Below, in pieces: positions 22,735 to 37,200 of a DNA stretch of 64,000 bases. Numbering within the stretch: the stretch's first letter is position 1; each line of letters starts with the position of its first letter. Source of the DNA: Balanoglossus misakiensis (taxonomy: Eukaryota > Animalia > Hemichordata); the NCBI GenBank assembly GCA_040954595.2, contig CM082576.2:6141129-6205128 (forward strand). The letters are read 5' to 3'. Below the pieces are notes generated by a model. It made no database searches. It had not been told where the DNA came from and saw nothing but the letters and a program-made list of their open reading frames with translations. The translations under genes and the position numbers were made by a program.

Positions 22735-25700
22735 GCCAATCACAAATCTTCAATGTGTGGCTAATGAGAAGAAAGGTGTGCCACCACATGGTCATTTGGA
22801 CACTTGAGGACCTTTCAAATGTTCATTTCACTGAAATATATTCATTTTTGCCTAATTACAATGAAACAATTTATTTTTAGCAACTACTAACCCCCACAGG
22901 CACAATATCCACGTCTCCATGGTCACAAAACTGCCTGACCATCACTGAACTTTGACAAGATACATTGTAATTAATGCCCAAGTCAATTCTGAACCTATCT
23001 AGACATCCAACTTCAACATCATGCCCCCAAAATTTTTCTCTCAATTATTCACACTAATGGCCACTCTTAGGAATTGTGAACAACCAAAAAAAAAACTGTG
23101 AGCAGAGACTGATCATGACTCATCTCAAATGGAAATACACGCATCTGTGGGACCCGGCTGCTGTGAACAATGTCATGGGTGATGCAGTCTTGAGATCTGT
23201 GCAGATCTCAACTCAATCAGAAGTAATTGTGGCCCTGGCTCGTTTCGAACATTTGCAACGGTGGCCAACAGACATGAAGGTGCAAACTTAGCTTTAATGG
23301 CTGCACTTTTTAGCTTCTCTTGACACTATTAGCTTAATATCAATAAAAGCAAATTCCCTTGGCGATAAACAACACCACAGCCAGCTTTATTGTACGGATT
23401 CTCTAATGAATTTCACTGCCTTCGCTTGATGTATCGCCGTAAACCTCAAGTGGTGCAAATACGGTTTGATAGTTCCTTGCTAACACTTCTACAACTATCC
23501 ACTTTGACGTTATTGCTCCAGTGTAGACAGACGAGGAAGAGAATGCAGTAAAGTTTGCAACGTAAACGTATAGTGTGCACTTCAGAATTTGAGATTTTAC
23601 TTTTGCTTGTATGTCAATCAAATTGGCTATAGATGACACTGTTCTCCTTCAAGGGGTGGTCATCATGAAAATTTTGGGATTAATGGTGCCTTTGCATAAA
23701 ATTTACCAGTTTTTGAATTATGCTTTTCTAATGAATTATCTGGACGGGAATCTAGCAGATTAACCATCCATGTCTGTTGGCCATTTTGAGATTCTGCCGG
23801 GTAATTACCGTCAGACACTTGTTCAACAACGGATCCGCGACACTTGCACAGTGGGTGGCAGCCCTTTGTACACACACATTCACTTTGTACCATCAGATCA
23901 GTTGCTAGACTTTCCTGCAGAAATTAATAATAAATCACCGAGGTAGTTGTCTGCTTTGATGTCTGAACCATTTTCCATATAAATAAAAAATGGCTTCTTA
24001 AGTCAATGATAACTCTGAGAAAGGAAAAATGATTCAATGACTGTTTTCCTCATCAAAATTCTTGAATGTATAGAAACAACATGTTTTCTTTACAGATTTA
24101 AAATTCATTGCAAACAATTATAGAGGAAAAAACACAGAAAGTTACTCTTTTTCTGTAAAAAAAATCTGGAAAATACAACGCCCAATAGAGGTTGTAACTC
24201 TACATTTCCCACCCGAATTATTTCTATTATTAAGTGAACTTTCTAGACCCATGACAGAAAAGTCTTGTAATCAATTAAAAGATAAATAAAATATAAATAT
24301 TTTAAACATTTCAACAAAGGCACAAAAACTGATTTTTAAAATGTAAGACACCTGCACACACAAGTGAATTCACGTTTAGACTTAAACTGGCAGCTGATGC
24401 TGGGGTTTTTTTCCAGTTAAAATAAAACATATGGTGGAAGGAAGATGATGATTTGGTGTGACTTTTCAGGGACAGGGTTAATGAATATTTGATGAGGATT
24501 ATCCTCAAGGAAATCTGATAGCTCAGTAGTCAAAAAGATCACCACGTACTTTCTCTCTTTCCAATATGGTGACTCTGCTGATCAGCTTTGCATGTGCTTG
24601 GGGATAAGGTCAACTGGACCACCGCTTCTGGAATATCCTGCTAACAAAAGCAACACTTTCGCGAATAGCTGTGTGTCTGTAGAAGACAGGGACAAGTACC
24701 GAAGAACAGAGGAAGTCTGCATCTGCTGCTGTTGTGGTTGTTTGTTCCACTTAGAATTAAAACAAAAAAGAATGGCACTATAAAGACAAGGAAGTGGTGT
24801 CAGGTGTTTCGAAAATAGTAAGCAAACCCTGCTCCACAAACAAACTTTTCAGTGCACTGTTACTTTTAAACTCGGTTGTGTACGTAACTTACACTGAAAG
24901 TTATGCAATTTTAAAACTTGTGAAGGGACACAGACAAAAAGAAATGACATTCCCTGAGTCCCAGGTCAGATAATGTGGAAAAAACAGTATGATCGAAAGG
25001 CAACACATTTGACTGTATTTGGCAAAATAAATAGACTGTTATTTTCACCTTGGATGTGTATCTGTTAGCCAAAGTACATCATCTGCCTGTGGTTTTACAG
25101 TTTAGGATTTAATTCCATTTAGGATCGTTTGCATTACTGATTTAATGAAATCATGATACATCTGATATGTTTACATCTAATCAATTATTCATTAAGTCAT
25201 GATGAAACATCTTGTGACACAGATGTCCTTTGACATTAACTCGTTCTAAGCGGGTTATTCTTTGTTACAAAACTAAGAGGTCGGCATATCTTCTGTACAT
25301 TTAAGAATATGCTATTTTAATACTTGATAAAACTTTGTGTATTTGAACAGCACAGTGAGTTAATTGATTGTTACTGGTGTTAATTTAAAAGACATTTGAG
25401 ACATTTCACTGAACATTTGCTGAATACAACAACAGTCACATGTTCAGAAAAAAAATTCAACTTAATCCTTAAACATTTCCTGCTGCTGTGAAACCTGGGA
25501 TTGATACTGCTAAAAAGAGGCAACGTGTACATTTACATGCCTTGTGTTTTTCAGATTTATTAGCATCTCAGAGGTGAGTTGTTGTTCATGGGAACATGAA
25601 ATATGTTTTCCAATTAAGTGACGTTCCTTTTGATACACATGAAATGGTTTGCAGCTAGTAAATCACAGCCCCGATACGGGCAGAATTAATGCACTGCTCA

Positions 25701-26920
25701 GTTGTCAGTGAAATCCACGCTCATGGGGTACTTTGTTGAACTTGCATACTTACAAAGTAATAATTATCCCCCTATTTCCTGAGGAGCTTGTCTCTTTCGC
25801 CTCTTATTAATTACATACACAACCAGACGTGTCATTTGTCTTAGCGTATTATCCCTTGTTAGGATTAAACCAACCATATTTTCTTATTGCCGGACTAAGC
25901 CCCCTTCAGGGGCTTTAGAGTCATATCCGCCTCCTATGAATTACATTTATGGAGATGTATCGGCGGGCTGTGAATTATAGTAATCTCTAATTTTACATCT
26001 GGTGACTCTCGGCTGATCTTCATCAGTGCCATCTAATGTGATGACCTGGCCAGTAAGAAGAAACGAGAAGATTCAGAGCGTACATACCGTGTATGGCCGT
26101 TGTCACTGATTGGCTGAAAGGAGAATTATAAGCGCGATATAAAAATGTTTACTTGTGATTCATAATGATATTACATTGACACGTACGTCGCAAAACAAAC
26201 CTCCCAATGAATTCATATGGATGTTATCATAGACATTTACTAATTATCGTCCATTAGTAATATTCATTATATTTGTGATTATGTTCGAAGATCGGTGTAT
26301 ACTTTATCATTATACCAATGAGGTTGACTATACCTCTGTTACCTATTTAATATCAAGTAAATAATATTTACGAGCCAAGGCACAGAACCCATCTTCCAAA
26401 TCCCCACATCTCAGACAAGGTAGTACATTAACTGATCATGATGTTGCCAGTCTGAATTAAATACTTCCTTGCTCGCACAACCCTCTGAGTGAAGTCTGAA
26501 ATATACCTCAGTCTTGAAAAAAAAATCAATATAATTTTTTAAAAAGTGTTTGGCTTTTGTCCACTGGAAAACATGCATCCATTGAAAGGAATTTGTATGT
26601 CAATTACTGACATAAAATAACAATAAAGGATAAAAGGTTTTTGAGAGCCCAACCTGTTTTCAACCATGGTTATATTAATATTTGTCTGAGACTTGCATTC
26701 ATCACAAAAAGATTCATTTCCCTGATGAGAATGTCCAGCTGGTGGTATTAAATACTGGTGTTTATTTTGTACAGTGTTTGTGGTGTGAGGGATACAATGC
26801 ATGGTCAATCACTTTGGAGGTGCATTATTGTTACCCTGCGGGTACATGTACAAATCAACCAATACAAAATTTTGCCAACGAACTTTAAACTTCACAAATT
26901 CCAGTATAGATTTGTTGATA

Positions 26921-27028
26921 CCTGCCACCTGGACATTTCCCAACACCACTTTAATAGGTCTGTGGTTAAGGATAGAGGGTTAGGATAAGTGTCCAATGGG
27001 TAACTGTCCAGGGGGTGGCTGACCTAGA
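26921..27028. repeat. Degenerate short interspersed element with an internal inverted repeat around a GGTTA-rich core
   Basis: cctggacatttccc (26928-26941) is an imperfect inverted match to gggtaactgtccagg (26998-27012), enclosing ggttaaggatagagggttagg. Only one copy seen in the window. Confidence 0.3.
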
Positions 27029-30000
27029 GACCTGAGGCAGTACTATCAGTATATGCTTGCCAACTATAGGATATGATCTTTCAGATGAATTGACACTGTA
27101 ACTGTATGAATTCCGATAACCTACATGCTTTTTTTTAAAGCAAATATACTCGGTTTTAATTCCCATGGAGTATTCTCCAGGTGGCATTTTCAATAAGGCA
27201 CGTGTGAAAGTGTACTGGATAGCTCCATGTCAAACAGCACTTTTATATAAACTTTGATATTGACTTTTTAAACTGAGCAGGCAACGTTTATTGACACAAG
27301 TGTGAAAAGGGCACCACTTCGATTGTAGTGTTTAGCGAAAGTTGTTATCTCAGAGCAGGAAAGTGTTCCGAGTAAACGTCTTTTAGGTTTGTGTGTACCC
27401 AGTTCAGTGGCACTGTAATTTGTTTGTAGTGTTTGTGTAAAACTGAGTGAAGATTAAAGTGGTAATGGTACAGTGTACACTATCTGTGTTCTCTAAGTAG
27501 TTCATTTATTTGTCTAAGATGACTTCATGTTATGCAATACTGTGATGGATATCGTATTAAGAAGCCCAGGTGGAGTTGTATACACCTGCCTGTGTGTGCG
27601 CGTCAAGACATCGACTAACATTTAGTTGAATAAACCTCTCGGCTGTAATTTCTCAAGAAGTGTTTGAGCCTTTTTAACACTTGTGCCCCCGAGTGCATCG
27701 TTTGCAGTAGTGTTGAGAGAGTTGGTGAAATATACCTACTGTGCAAGTTTGCTCACTTCACTCTCTCAGCTCGAGTTTTACAAGAGACTTTTTCACCACA
27801 TGTATTAATATTCAGCGTGTATTTGTTTTTCAAAGGGATGTTAAGTCTCATTGATATCATTTGCCAATTTTATTTGGTGTCTGACCAAGGTTTCAGGTCT
27901 AACACAGACACACGTTTCATGTTAAGGTTACGTGGGGGATATATCATGAGTAAAGAGCTCCAGTGGTCAACATACTTAATTTGGCAGAACAATTAACAAT
28001 TGCTGGAGACCTGGCAAGTTGATAATTTGACAGGAAAATTAACAGCTTATTTGCTTGGTTTGTGTATTTGTCTTTCGTCAGACAACCGGCAAAGTACTGT
28101 ACTGTATCTTTAGATGATCTTGAAGAATTACATGAATTCCCTGGGGATGTGATGGGAGGGGGAGGAGAGGAGATCAATCATGGACTCAGTTGAAATGTTT
28201 GTATTACATTTGCATGTCTGTCTTTTAGGTTTGAATTATTAACAGTTCACTCATTCTTGAGATTATAGGTACTCCTCAGTTCCAGCGTATAAAACCTTCA
28301 GTATACACACTGATATGTTTAACCTACACAGTTGTATACAGATAAACTGATGTTGTAACTCTGAGCAAACATATCTGATTCTCTGCAGTGGATATGTGAT
28401 TGTGAAATTAAAGAATCATTTACATGTAATCACAATGGTCAATACTGTCAAAAAGTCCAAAAGATAGACTTGCGAGACGGTAAGAATTTATTTATAGATA
28501 TACATGTATACGAGATACTATAGCTTTGAGTTTGAGTATTTTTAATGTGCATAATCATGCCCAATTTTGGGAAGTATATCCATCCGGAGCATTTAGCTGA
28601 GTACTGAAGCTGACATGAACATTTGTATCAAAATAGGAGGGGGTACCAGAAGACAATGTAACAGCTTATGGTAGGAAAAAAAGTTATGGAATTTTCAAAT
28701 GAATCATTCACCCTTTTTCAATTACCTATAAAAATGGAAGATTTGCAGAATCAAAAAGACTTAGACGGTGTCTGCAAGTTATGCAGATGCTTATCATGCG
28801 TGACCAACTAACAGCAACTGTCGAAAGTCTTGGAAGATTTAATCTCGCAGTGATTTATTCGAGCATTAGCAGTTGACTCGGATGGGATATTTGTTGCTAT
28901 AGCAACCCTGGTTACCACAATTCTATTATCACAGGGTTGGAGGTATAGATTTATCATATATTTTCTGGCTGATTATTTCAAATTGAGTTTATTCACCATA
29001 AACTGCAGCCGGCATGATTCTGTGATCAATATTTTCCAATTTTCAAGATAAAATGCAATGTACCGTATGTGTACCTTTCTTCGTCAATCAAAACAACTAT
29101 TAAACAGAATCTCCAAAGTACTGTAATCAATTTGTCAAATTGAATGCTCTATGAACAAAAATAAAAGTTGTTCTTGCTTTATACACAAAATATTCTTGCT
29201 CAAAATTTGTTGTTTTTCCCCATTTACATGAAAGCCTGCTGATGGCACAAATAGCATTTGGACTTGTTTTATTATTGGCAATTTTCAATCTTTTGTGGGG
29301 GAGTTAAAAATTGACTAATCCCAGCTAACACCTATGTGAAATGTTCTGAGGCGATGTGAAAAATTTCCCCCCACTGTCATGTCTTTCCTGTTCTGATACT
29401 TAAATATTTAAAGTTTTCAGTCGTGCTTATAAATGGTACCTACAGACTGGGAACCGTGGCCTAATCAAATTTTCATGATTACGTATCAAGTTTGAAAATT
29501 ATATAAGCATCATAAATTTCAGTTGCCTGGGGTTGATAGAAAAGAGCCACTGTTAGCTCATTTTCAATGTGAAACACAACAGTTCTGAAAATGGCACATT
29601 GAGAAATAATCTCGCTTTTCCTTGGAAGCAAATCTTTGAGAATAGTATTTCAGTTTCAGGAGATGCATAGTAGCTTTGAACATTACCAAAATTAAGTCGC
29701 AATAATGCAGTGGTGTTGAAAATTTCACGTAAATGTAAAATGGACAGCACGTACGTAGTTGACTTTTTCCAAAACATTGATCTTTTCCAAATGCCTTGGT
29801 CCAAGAGCAGTATTAATCACATTTTCTTTGTGGAGTTAATGAAGTGAAGTCTGTCCCTCTGTCTTTATGGGTGGAAGGCTACTATATACAAATGCTCAGA
29901 AACGTTGCCGGAATGAGACACTTTGTAGTTGTCATGAGCAAAGATTTCTCCAACACAATCACATCTCGGATGAAATCAATTTATTTTCGGTGTTCCGTTA

Positions 30001-33000
30001 GACTGCCTTGATTGGTTTCCTTGCGTATTGTGCCTTAATTGCATTTGTTGGAGAAAAAATGACGCAAATAAACTCAGGAATTTCGGTTGAAGATGTCACA
30101 GTACTTTTAATGGGGCAAAAGTCACTACACCCCCCCCCCCCCTCCAAAAAAAAAATCATACAAGCACTTCAACCATACACCATAGAATTTAATGTCGAGA
30201 AGTTTATATTTTAAAAGATTGATATGAGTGATATGATGTATAAAATGTTTCACACTGTGGAAGTTGGCAATTGATCACGCTGTGAAGCCTGAAAAGATCA
30301 AATAAGAAATCTATCATCTGTCAATTCAGACAGCAACCATTGCTGAATTTAGATTAAACTACTGCATTTATTTAAAGGCTTGAATAATTGACTGCATGTC
30401 ATTATTAGTCAGGCATAAAATTGAAAACTTTGATGTTATTTTGGGTAAGTTGATGGCTTGCAGAAAACGATATTGAAAATGAAGCCTCTAAACTGACTTC
30501 ATAACCTAAGACAACAAATATAGACTACTGGAAGTTCGTCCACTGTGGCTGATGATCATTTCACAGTACATGTACTAACAATATCCACTAAATTTCATAA
30601 TTGTCAAGAGTGAACAGTTCCAGTCTATGACTTAAATAGCGAGGCACTTATTTTTCAGCTGGTAACTTTTGGAGTTTGAATTACGGAATTGAAATATAGC
30701 AGTCGTCTCATCGTATTTGACGTTCAGTGTCGGTCCATACCTGGCATTCCATCAATCCTTTTTGAAGTAGATGTTTTGTCTAATAAAGAAACAAGTCGTT
30801 TTTCACCGAGCCATGTTTGAGGTTTGAAACGTTGAATGAAAATGTAATGGCATTTTGTTCATATTTGGCATTCCATCGATACTTTACCCCTTTTTATAAA
30901 GTGGATTTTCCCACGTACCTGAATTATCATTTTCATTTTTAAAATACAGGACTATTTTCACATTTGTGACAATTTACTCATTACTAAAGCACACTGACTT
31001 TAAGGAGTATATGATTAAAAGGAACAGAAGCAAGAAAGTGGCCATTTGATAATGATTTGACACTGACCAAACACACAGTTTGAAAGTACATGTATAGTCA
31101 ACTGAACAGTTACAATTTGCATGCAAACATCCCTGGGGCACATCTGCCCTCTCTCTCCAAATCTTTGCCTCGTGAACAAATACAAATCAACAGGGAGAAA
31201 GAAAGGGCTTTTAAAGAGTCTCTCTTTTGGAAGCGTCCCGAGTGTGTTTTCGGAGTTTCAGAGAAAATAGTGACACTACGGCTATTATTTGACAGTTTGT
31301 TGATGTTGCAAAGGCGGAGTCTTTGACAATGGGCAACTGTTGACAGCGGAGAGAGGGTAGCGGTTGCTTTCACAATGATTGTAATTAAAGGTTTGTCTCT
31401 TGATTGTCAAAAGCAAACTCAGCTATGTTAAAACTGTGATGTCTGCAGGTGCAAATCAAACATTATTGTCTTTAACTATGACATACATGTATACAATCCC
31501 ATGCCCTCCAAAAGGTGGATCTTTGAAAACAGGTGTGTGTGTGTGTCGTTTGAAGACAAACTTGCATTCTCTCTGTCAGTAAAGCTGTGCTAATTGACAT
31601 CCACATTAAAAAAAACTGTGATGATGTTCTTTCTTGCAATGCTGATTAATGTGCTGTGAATTTATTCTCTCTCTCTCTGAGCTCATTTCACGTTTCAAAG
31701 AGCTCAGCCAGTCAATATGATGGATTGAAACTTTCACACAATGGAAGTGTTAAGGTAATCTCTCTGAGAGTTAAGGCTGAAAAGATGAACTACTAAAAAT
31801 TTCATCCAGCAGTTCATAAATCAAAAGACTATAGTGTGCTGATTTTGTTACAGTATTCATAATCAGAATCCAGCATTAAAGTTGAAGCTGAAATCACTCT
31901 AAACTTGCCAATGAATATGACACGTACTACACTAAGTAAATATGGATGAGGGATGAGCCCCTTTAGACTGCTACAATAACCAAATCTATTTAATGAGATG
32001 CAGATTTCTCCATTTGTTGACTAGTGAAGGCGATACTTTAAATGTAAATGAACGATGGAGTACTTAATACATACCCCATGTTTTGGAATCTGATGGTTAT
32101 CAGTAGACATTGTAACTTGGCAGGCATTTGAACGATTTTATTGAGCAGCTTGACCGTGCCCGGTGAGGTCAGGCGCAGTAAGTAAACTGGAAAAAAGAAC
32201 AGATTTATCATCGTGAATTAATGTCCCCGTTGTAAACAGCACCCTGTAAATTTGTCAACTGGAATCATAATTGGGGATTTAGGAATTCTTGGAGGAAATA
32301 AAGACTTACCTTTTGCTTGAGTTGCGATCACTTCATCACGGGGCTGAGACAGAAAGGCTGACTTGACTCGGGGAATTAGTCGGGACTGGAATTGTGCAGA
32401 GCTTGGTATTAGCGGAGATGGGGATGGACGGATCCTCTTCAGACAGGTGACAGCCACGCACAATAATTCTTCCCGGTGCGTGCCGAGCACAAGATTTAAC
32501 CCGATAATGAATTTAAATTGGTCAAATTGAGAAAGAAGATAGAGGCTTGTGTGAGATTTAGTCATCCGATACGGAATGCCAATCTGAGAGGATAAAAATT
32601 TGGTGTAGCGCGAGCGCGACTTGCGTCCATCATCCCCGGTTTGATGGATGCAGTGACATTTCTTCGCAGGAAATTGTCTACCTTCAATTCAGTTGATTGC
32701 AAAAAATTTTTTTTCAAAAAGAGTTATATCGGCAATTTTGTACTCATCTCTTACAGAGTTGACTTCCTAGTAACTCAAATAAAACTGACATCTTAATCAG
32801 TGGATCATGTACAACAAAATAGAGTGTGTCAATTAAACTACCCTACATCCTTCTGACGGGCAAAGAAAGAAAATACGGCGCATAAGAATGTGGAGTAAAT
32901 TGAATTCTTGTAATCCAAAGATTGTTAATTTCTGGCAAGGAAATATGACAAAACAGAAGTAATGTATTTGTAAAATATTTTGCCAGTACATTTAAGCTTA

Positions 33001-36000
33001 ATTTCTACATTTTTGTCTGTGATGAGAACACAAGGCAGGGAAACACCAAAATAGAATCAACCAATCATGCACTCGCCAATTACTTTCAATTGTCAGATCC
33101 CATCCCATGCATGCTGAGCCTAGTCATTTCCAAACCTGGTCACACACACTTTAAACCCACACTCTCTCACAGGGCGAATGCATTATTTATGTGAATATAT
33201 ATTTATCAAAATATACGGTATGATTATATCTGTTTAGCGGCAGCCTTAACCTTCTCCCCCAATTTAATCTGACAAGCTTCGGAAGCACAGCGCTACAACC
33301 ACTGTCTCAGCAATCAATCAATTTGTTATTAACAGGCGCCGACACAGTACGAGAGAATACGCCAGTCAATTCGACATTAGTTTTCATCTGTTCTGACAGA
33401 ACCATGCAGAGTCTGGCAGCATGTGAAAGAAAAAAAAGCGTGTCTGTGTGTAGCTGCTGTGTAGTGTGCATTAAGTGTGAATCAAACGTATCTGACAGTC
33501 CTGGCTGTGCACGATAGACACAGCAAGATGCCGGCACTTTCTTAGCATACCGATCAGTGGCATTATAACCCTGGAACGCATTTAGCACCACTTTCATACA
33601 GGCTAGTGTACAAGGTTGTGCCATTCTTTGACAGTGTGGCATTCGAAATGTTGGCATATAAAAGGCTAGCCATGTTTGCGTCAAGAAGGTGCCAGAGCAG
33701 TAATGGCAAAGTGCTATAGAAACACTGGCATTGTACGAAATAGTTGCTAGCAGAGTGTCGGCACATGCAAGGTTCTCTGCACTCTGTCTTATCTGTACTG
33801 TGTGCTACTAGCTCCTGCCCATTGTCCACAAGAAAAAAGTATATGACACCTAAGAGTACAAGCATAGATAAATTAATTTATACAGGCCTGATCTTTATCA
33901 CATATGCTATCATCAAAATATCTTTGGTTTTATCTTCTTCTTTTTGGCTTTTTCTCGAGCAAATTGCCAGGCTGACAAAGGAAAGGGTGAACTTTGCATG
34001 CCTTTATCAAAGTACTCCACCCATCAAGCTGTTGCTTGACAATAACTGATGGAATCATTAGAGCTGATAAAAGAGAAAGGGTCTTGCAAGATAACATCTT
34101 TTTACACAGAGACACAGAAAGCCAAACATGGAGCTGAATAGCCTTAAAAATCATCCAATTGACCTAGCTTGTTCAGGATATATGGGAGCCATTTTTTATA
34201 GTTGAGGGTGTGTCGAATACAGTTCTGGGATTAATATTTCTGCCATTACAAAACTGGAAAAGGCAAATTTTACCGTGATGAAGAAAAAGGTAGCGATCGA
34301 ATGAATATCATCTTTTCTTCCTTTTTCACAGAAAAGCATTTCTTCGTTTCTGTGCAGTTATGTCACTTCACAAGACTTGGGTGCAAAGTTTGGTTTTTTA
34401 AAAGCTGCCGTTTGAAACAGATTAGATTTTTGAAACTGAGAAAGAACTGGTTAATGTTACATCTCACCAGGATTTTGTTGAAACACTGCAATCCATATCA
34501 TCCCTGCTTCAAGCACTTTTAGTGGAGTGCGTATAGAGTCTATTATAGTAACTTCATTGTGCTGTTCAAAGACAAAAAGTGGCCATACTGTTATTTTCTC
34601 ACCATGAGCTGATCAATACTGCATGTTTTTATGCTCTATAGTGTCATTTCAAGAGATCTTTTTCAGGAGGTGTTTAGATTCCAATTTTGCCAAACAATTC
34701 ATTCAATTATCTGTCATTTATCTATACGAATCGGTATTCCTGTTATTTCACAATGTGTTTCATTGTTCACAATGACTCAATCTCCCCACTTGAGGGTTAT
34801 ACTTTTGTCACACCTGAGTACAATGTGTTTGGGAATCAGATTAGAATTTGTGGTACTGTATATATCCAAAACTGAGTTGTTTTCAGCAGTTCATTTTCTT
34901 AATTGTTTTCATTTTGACCAAAATGAAATAAGACTCATTTGTATAATTAAATCATTATAGACACTACACTTTTAATTGACCTTGTTAATGTGTGAAGTGG
35001 ATATATAATTACCCTACAATACGTGTTTTGTGATCTGTAAATTTTAATCCTTAACCAATCTGTGCTTCTGTGGATTAATTACTAAACACACAAATATCTG
35101 AAATCGTAATTCTTATTAATTAAATATTCACAATACTGTGTTGCTGTTCATATATCATGAATTACACAAGCTTGCCAGTACTTGTCACATTTTTCAATAC
35201 TGTGATATATGTGCATCATATAGGCACCTGCTACTTTTTTGATATTAACACACTGAAACAGTCAAATGTTGGATTATCAGCACTATATTACGTACCTCCT
35301 AAAGTGGATTTCTGTATACTAAATCATTTTCCATAAAATTTCAGCGGGACTCAAAAGAATGTTAGTGTGATTGTAAGTTTAATCCTGAGTATGTGTCATT
35401 TTCACACTCAATTTTTCAGCAACTATATTAAACCGCACTCTGAAACATGCTATCCACTATTAAACTATTCAGAATGAAAAGTGTGCTTCCATGAACTGGG
35501 TGAGCCCCCTAAATCTCATATTTTTCATTTATGCTGCAGTTTCTAATAAGAGATTTACAGTACTCAGTTCATTGGCACGTACAGCACAATGTACAATCAT
35601 TGCATTCACTGGGAAAAAAATCTTGTTTTTACTCTTTTCAACAAACGGCGCCCCGAGGCACTTCGAACATTACAGTGTCAATTTCCACACACCGTACAAA
35701 TCATGAATTAAAAAGAATCACGTCAGGATCTATTACCAACAAAAATGCATCGTTGCTAGATATTAGACCTAAATTATGCCTCTGAATCTGTTTTTTTTAA
35801 AATATAAATTCTAGTATCAGCTAGCGTCTTATATTTCACCTTCCAGTGATGATTAGCGGTTTTTGATATCACGCTGACGCTGCAAATTTTCACGCCGACT
35901 AAATTATTAGAAGATGATATATATAGAGAGTGAAGTAAACCTGCAGGCTTGGAGTACCAGCTGGGCACACACAATTCTCTGCTCTACCCAGGATCTTGCC

Positions 36001-37056
36001 TATTTTTAGTATCCATTCACGGACTAAAAAATATTGCCAGTGCTTTGTCGAAGCATATGTCATAGAAAATCAAGGAATTAATTTTCTCGTTACTTTTTTT
36101 TAGCTCTTTGTTCGCGGACTTTCCCCGTCTGTGATTGGCTTGTGTTTCAAACTATTTTATTGATCTTTACTGCAGCTGCACCTACGCGTCCACCACACTT
36201 TAAAGATATGAATTCCCCCGCAGTTGACTCCCTGTTGGTACGTAACTCAGTTGTGCTGTAAGGGTTTGTGGACATACAGTGGTGCCCTGGGCATTGCTAC
36301 ACTTTTCAAATGGAAGTCCAGCGTTGTTTACTGAGTATTAGAGTCAATGTTTGCGCCTATGCCAGAGCCACTTCATAGAGAGAGAAGCTATCAATAACAA
36401 TAACAGTGGCAGTCAGACATTTTGTAGTGCATGTGTATACAGACAGGTTTGAACACTGAACACACAGCACACACACCAGGTGATTACACAACCCCTATCT
36501 GATGGCATGTGTCTTATTTGCGAGCAAACAACATCAGGGGTTTGCAGGAATCTAGTCAGCATCAGAGGAAGCCCGCTGTAGTAGTTTATTTGCAAAAATA
36601 TTAATATGTCTGCATGATACACACACAATACCATAAAAAGGAGAAATTTATGACTGTTATTATTAAAAAGTGGGAGCTTCAGGTCGATGCATACAAGTGT
36701 TTTAATTCAAAGCAGGCTTTATGAGATGTCATCCTGCATTACTGTAAATGAAATGAATTACTACTTCTCTGTGTTGAAAATATCAAGACAAACGAGTTAA
36801 ATATCCGAGTGTATAGGTATGCTGAATGTGAAACCTCAAACAGTGATGTAAACGATTGGTCACAGTCCACCAACGTTTAATTTATTAAAAGTTATGATAT
36901 TCCAGGCTCTGGTCACAACTGTTGATGTATGCAGCAGTTGCCAGGCACTTCTACAGTTATGTATATTACACTGGCACTCAAGCAGAATGATTGCAGTTTT
37001 GCAATAATCTCTGCATACCCCGGTACATGACAGATTGTATGTACATGTACATTTGG

Positions 37057-37200
37057 TACAGTCTAAGCTGGAAACCTGTCTATACTGAACTGTACAATTC
37101 ATCCATGTCTAAACCTGTCTATATGGACTAAAAGTACAGATGACCCTGTCTATTATTAACAAGTTTAACAAGCCCTTGGGCGTTCAATTTATAAAGGCTT
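37057..37200. repeat. Degenerate MITE-like remnant with three CCTGTCTAT sub-repeats
   Basis: aaacctgtctata at 37072 and 37111 and ccctgtctat at 37144, after a TACAGT start typical of pogo/Tc1-derived MITE ends. A reverse-orientation match (agacaggttt) lies at 36441. Confidence 0.35.

Noticed and set aside
31401-31450. TGATTGTC...GCAA resembling miR-219
   Set aside because: Several mismatches after the seed and no complementary arm to form a precursor. The miR-124-like match near 27194 and miR-8/200-like match near 10290 fail the same way.
31616-31682. Box C/D-like motifs (GTGATGA...CTGA)
   Set aside because: No terminal stem, and the would-be guide is a CT microsatellite.
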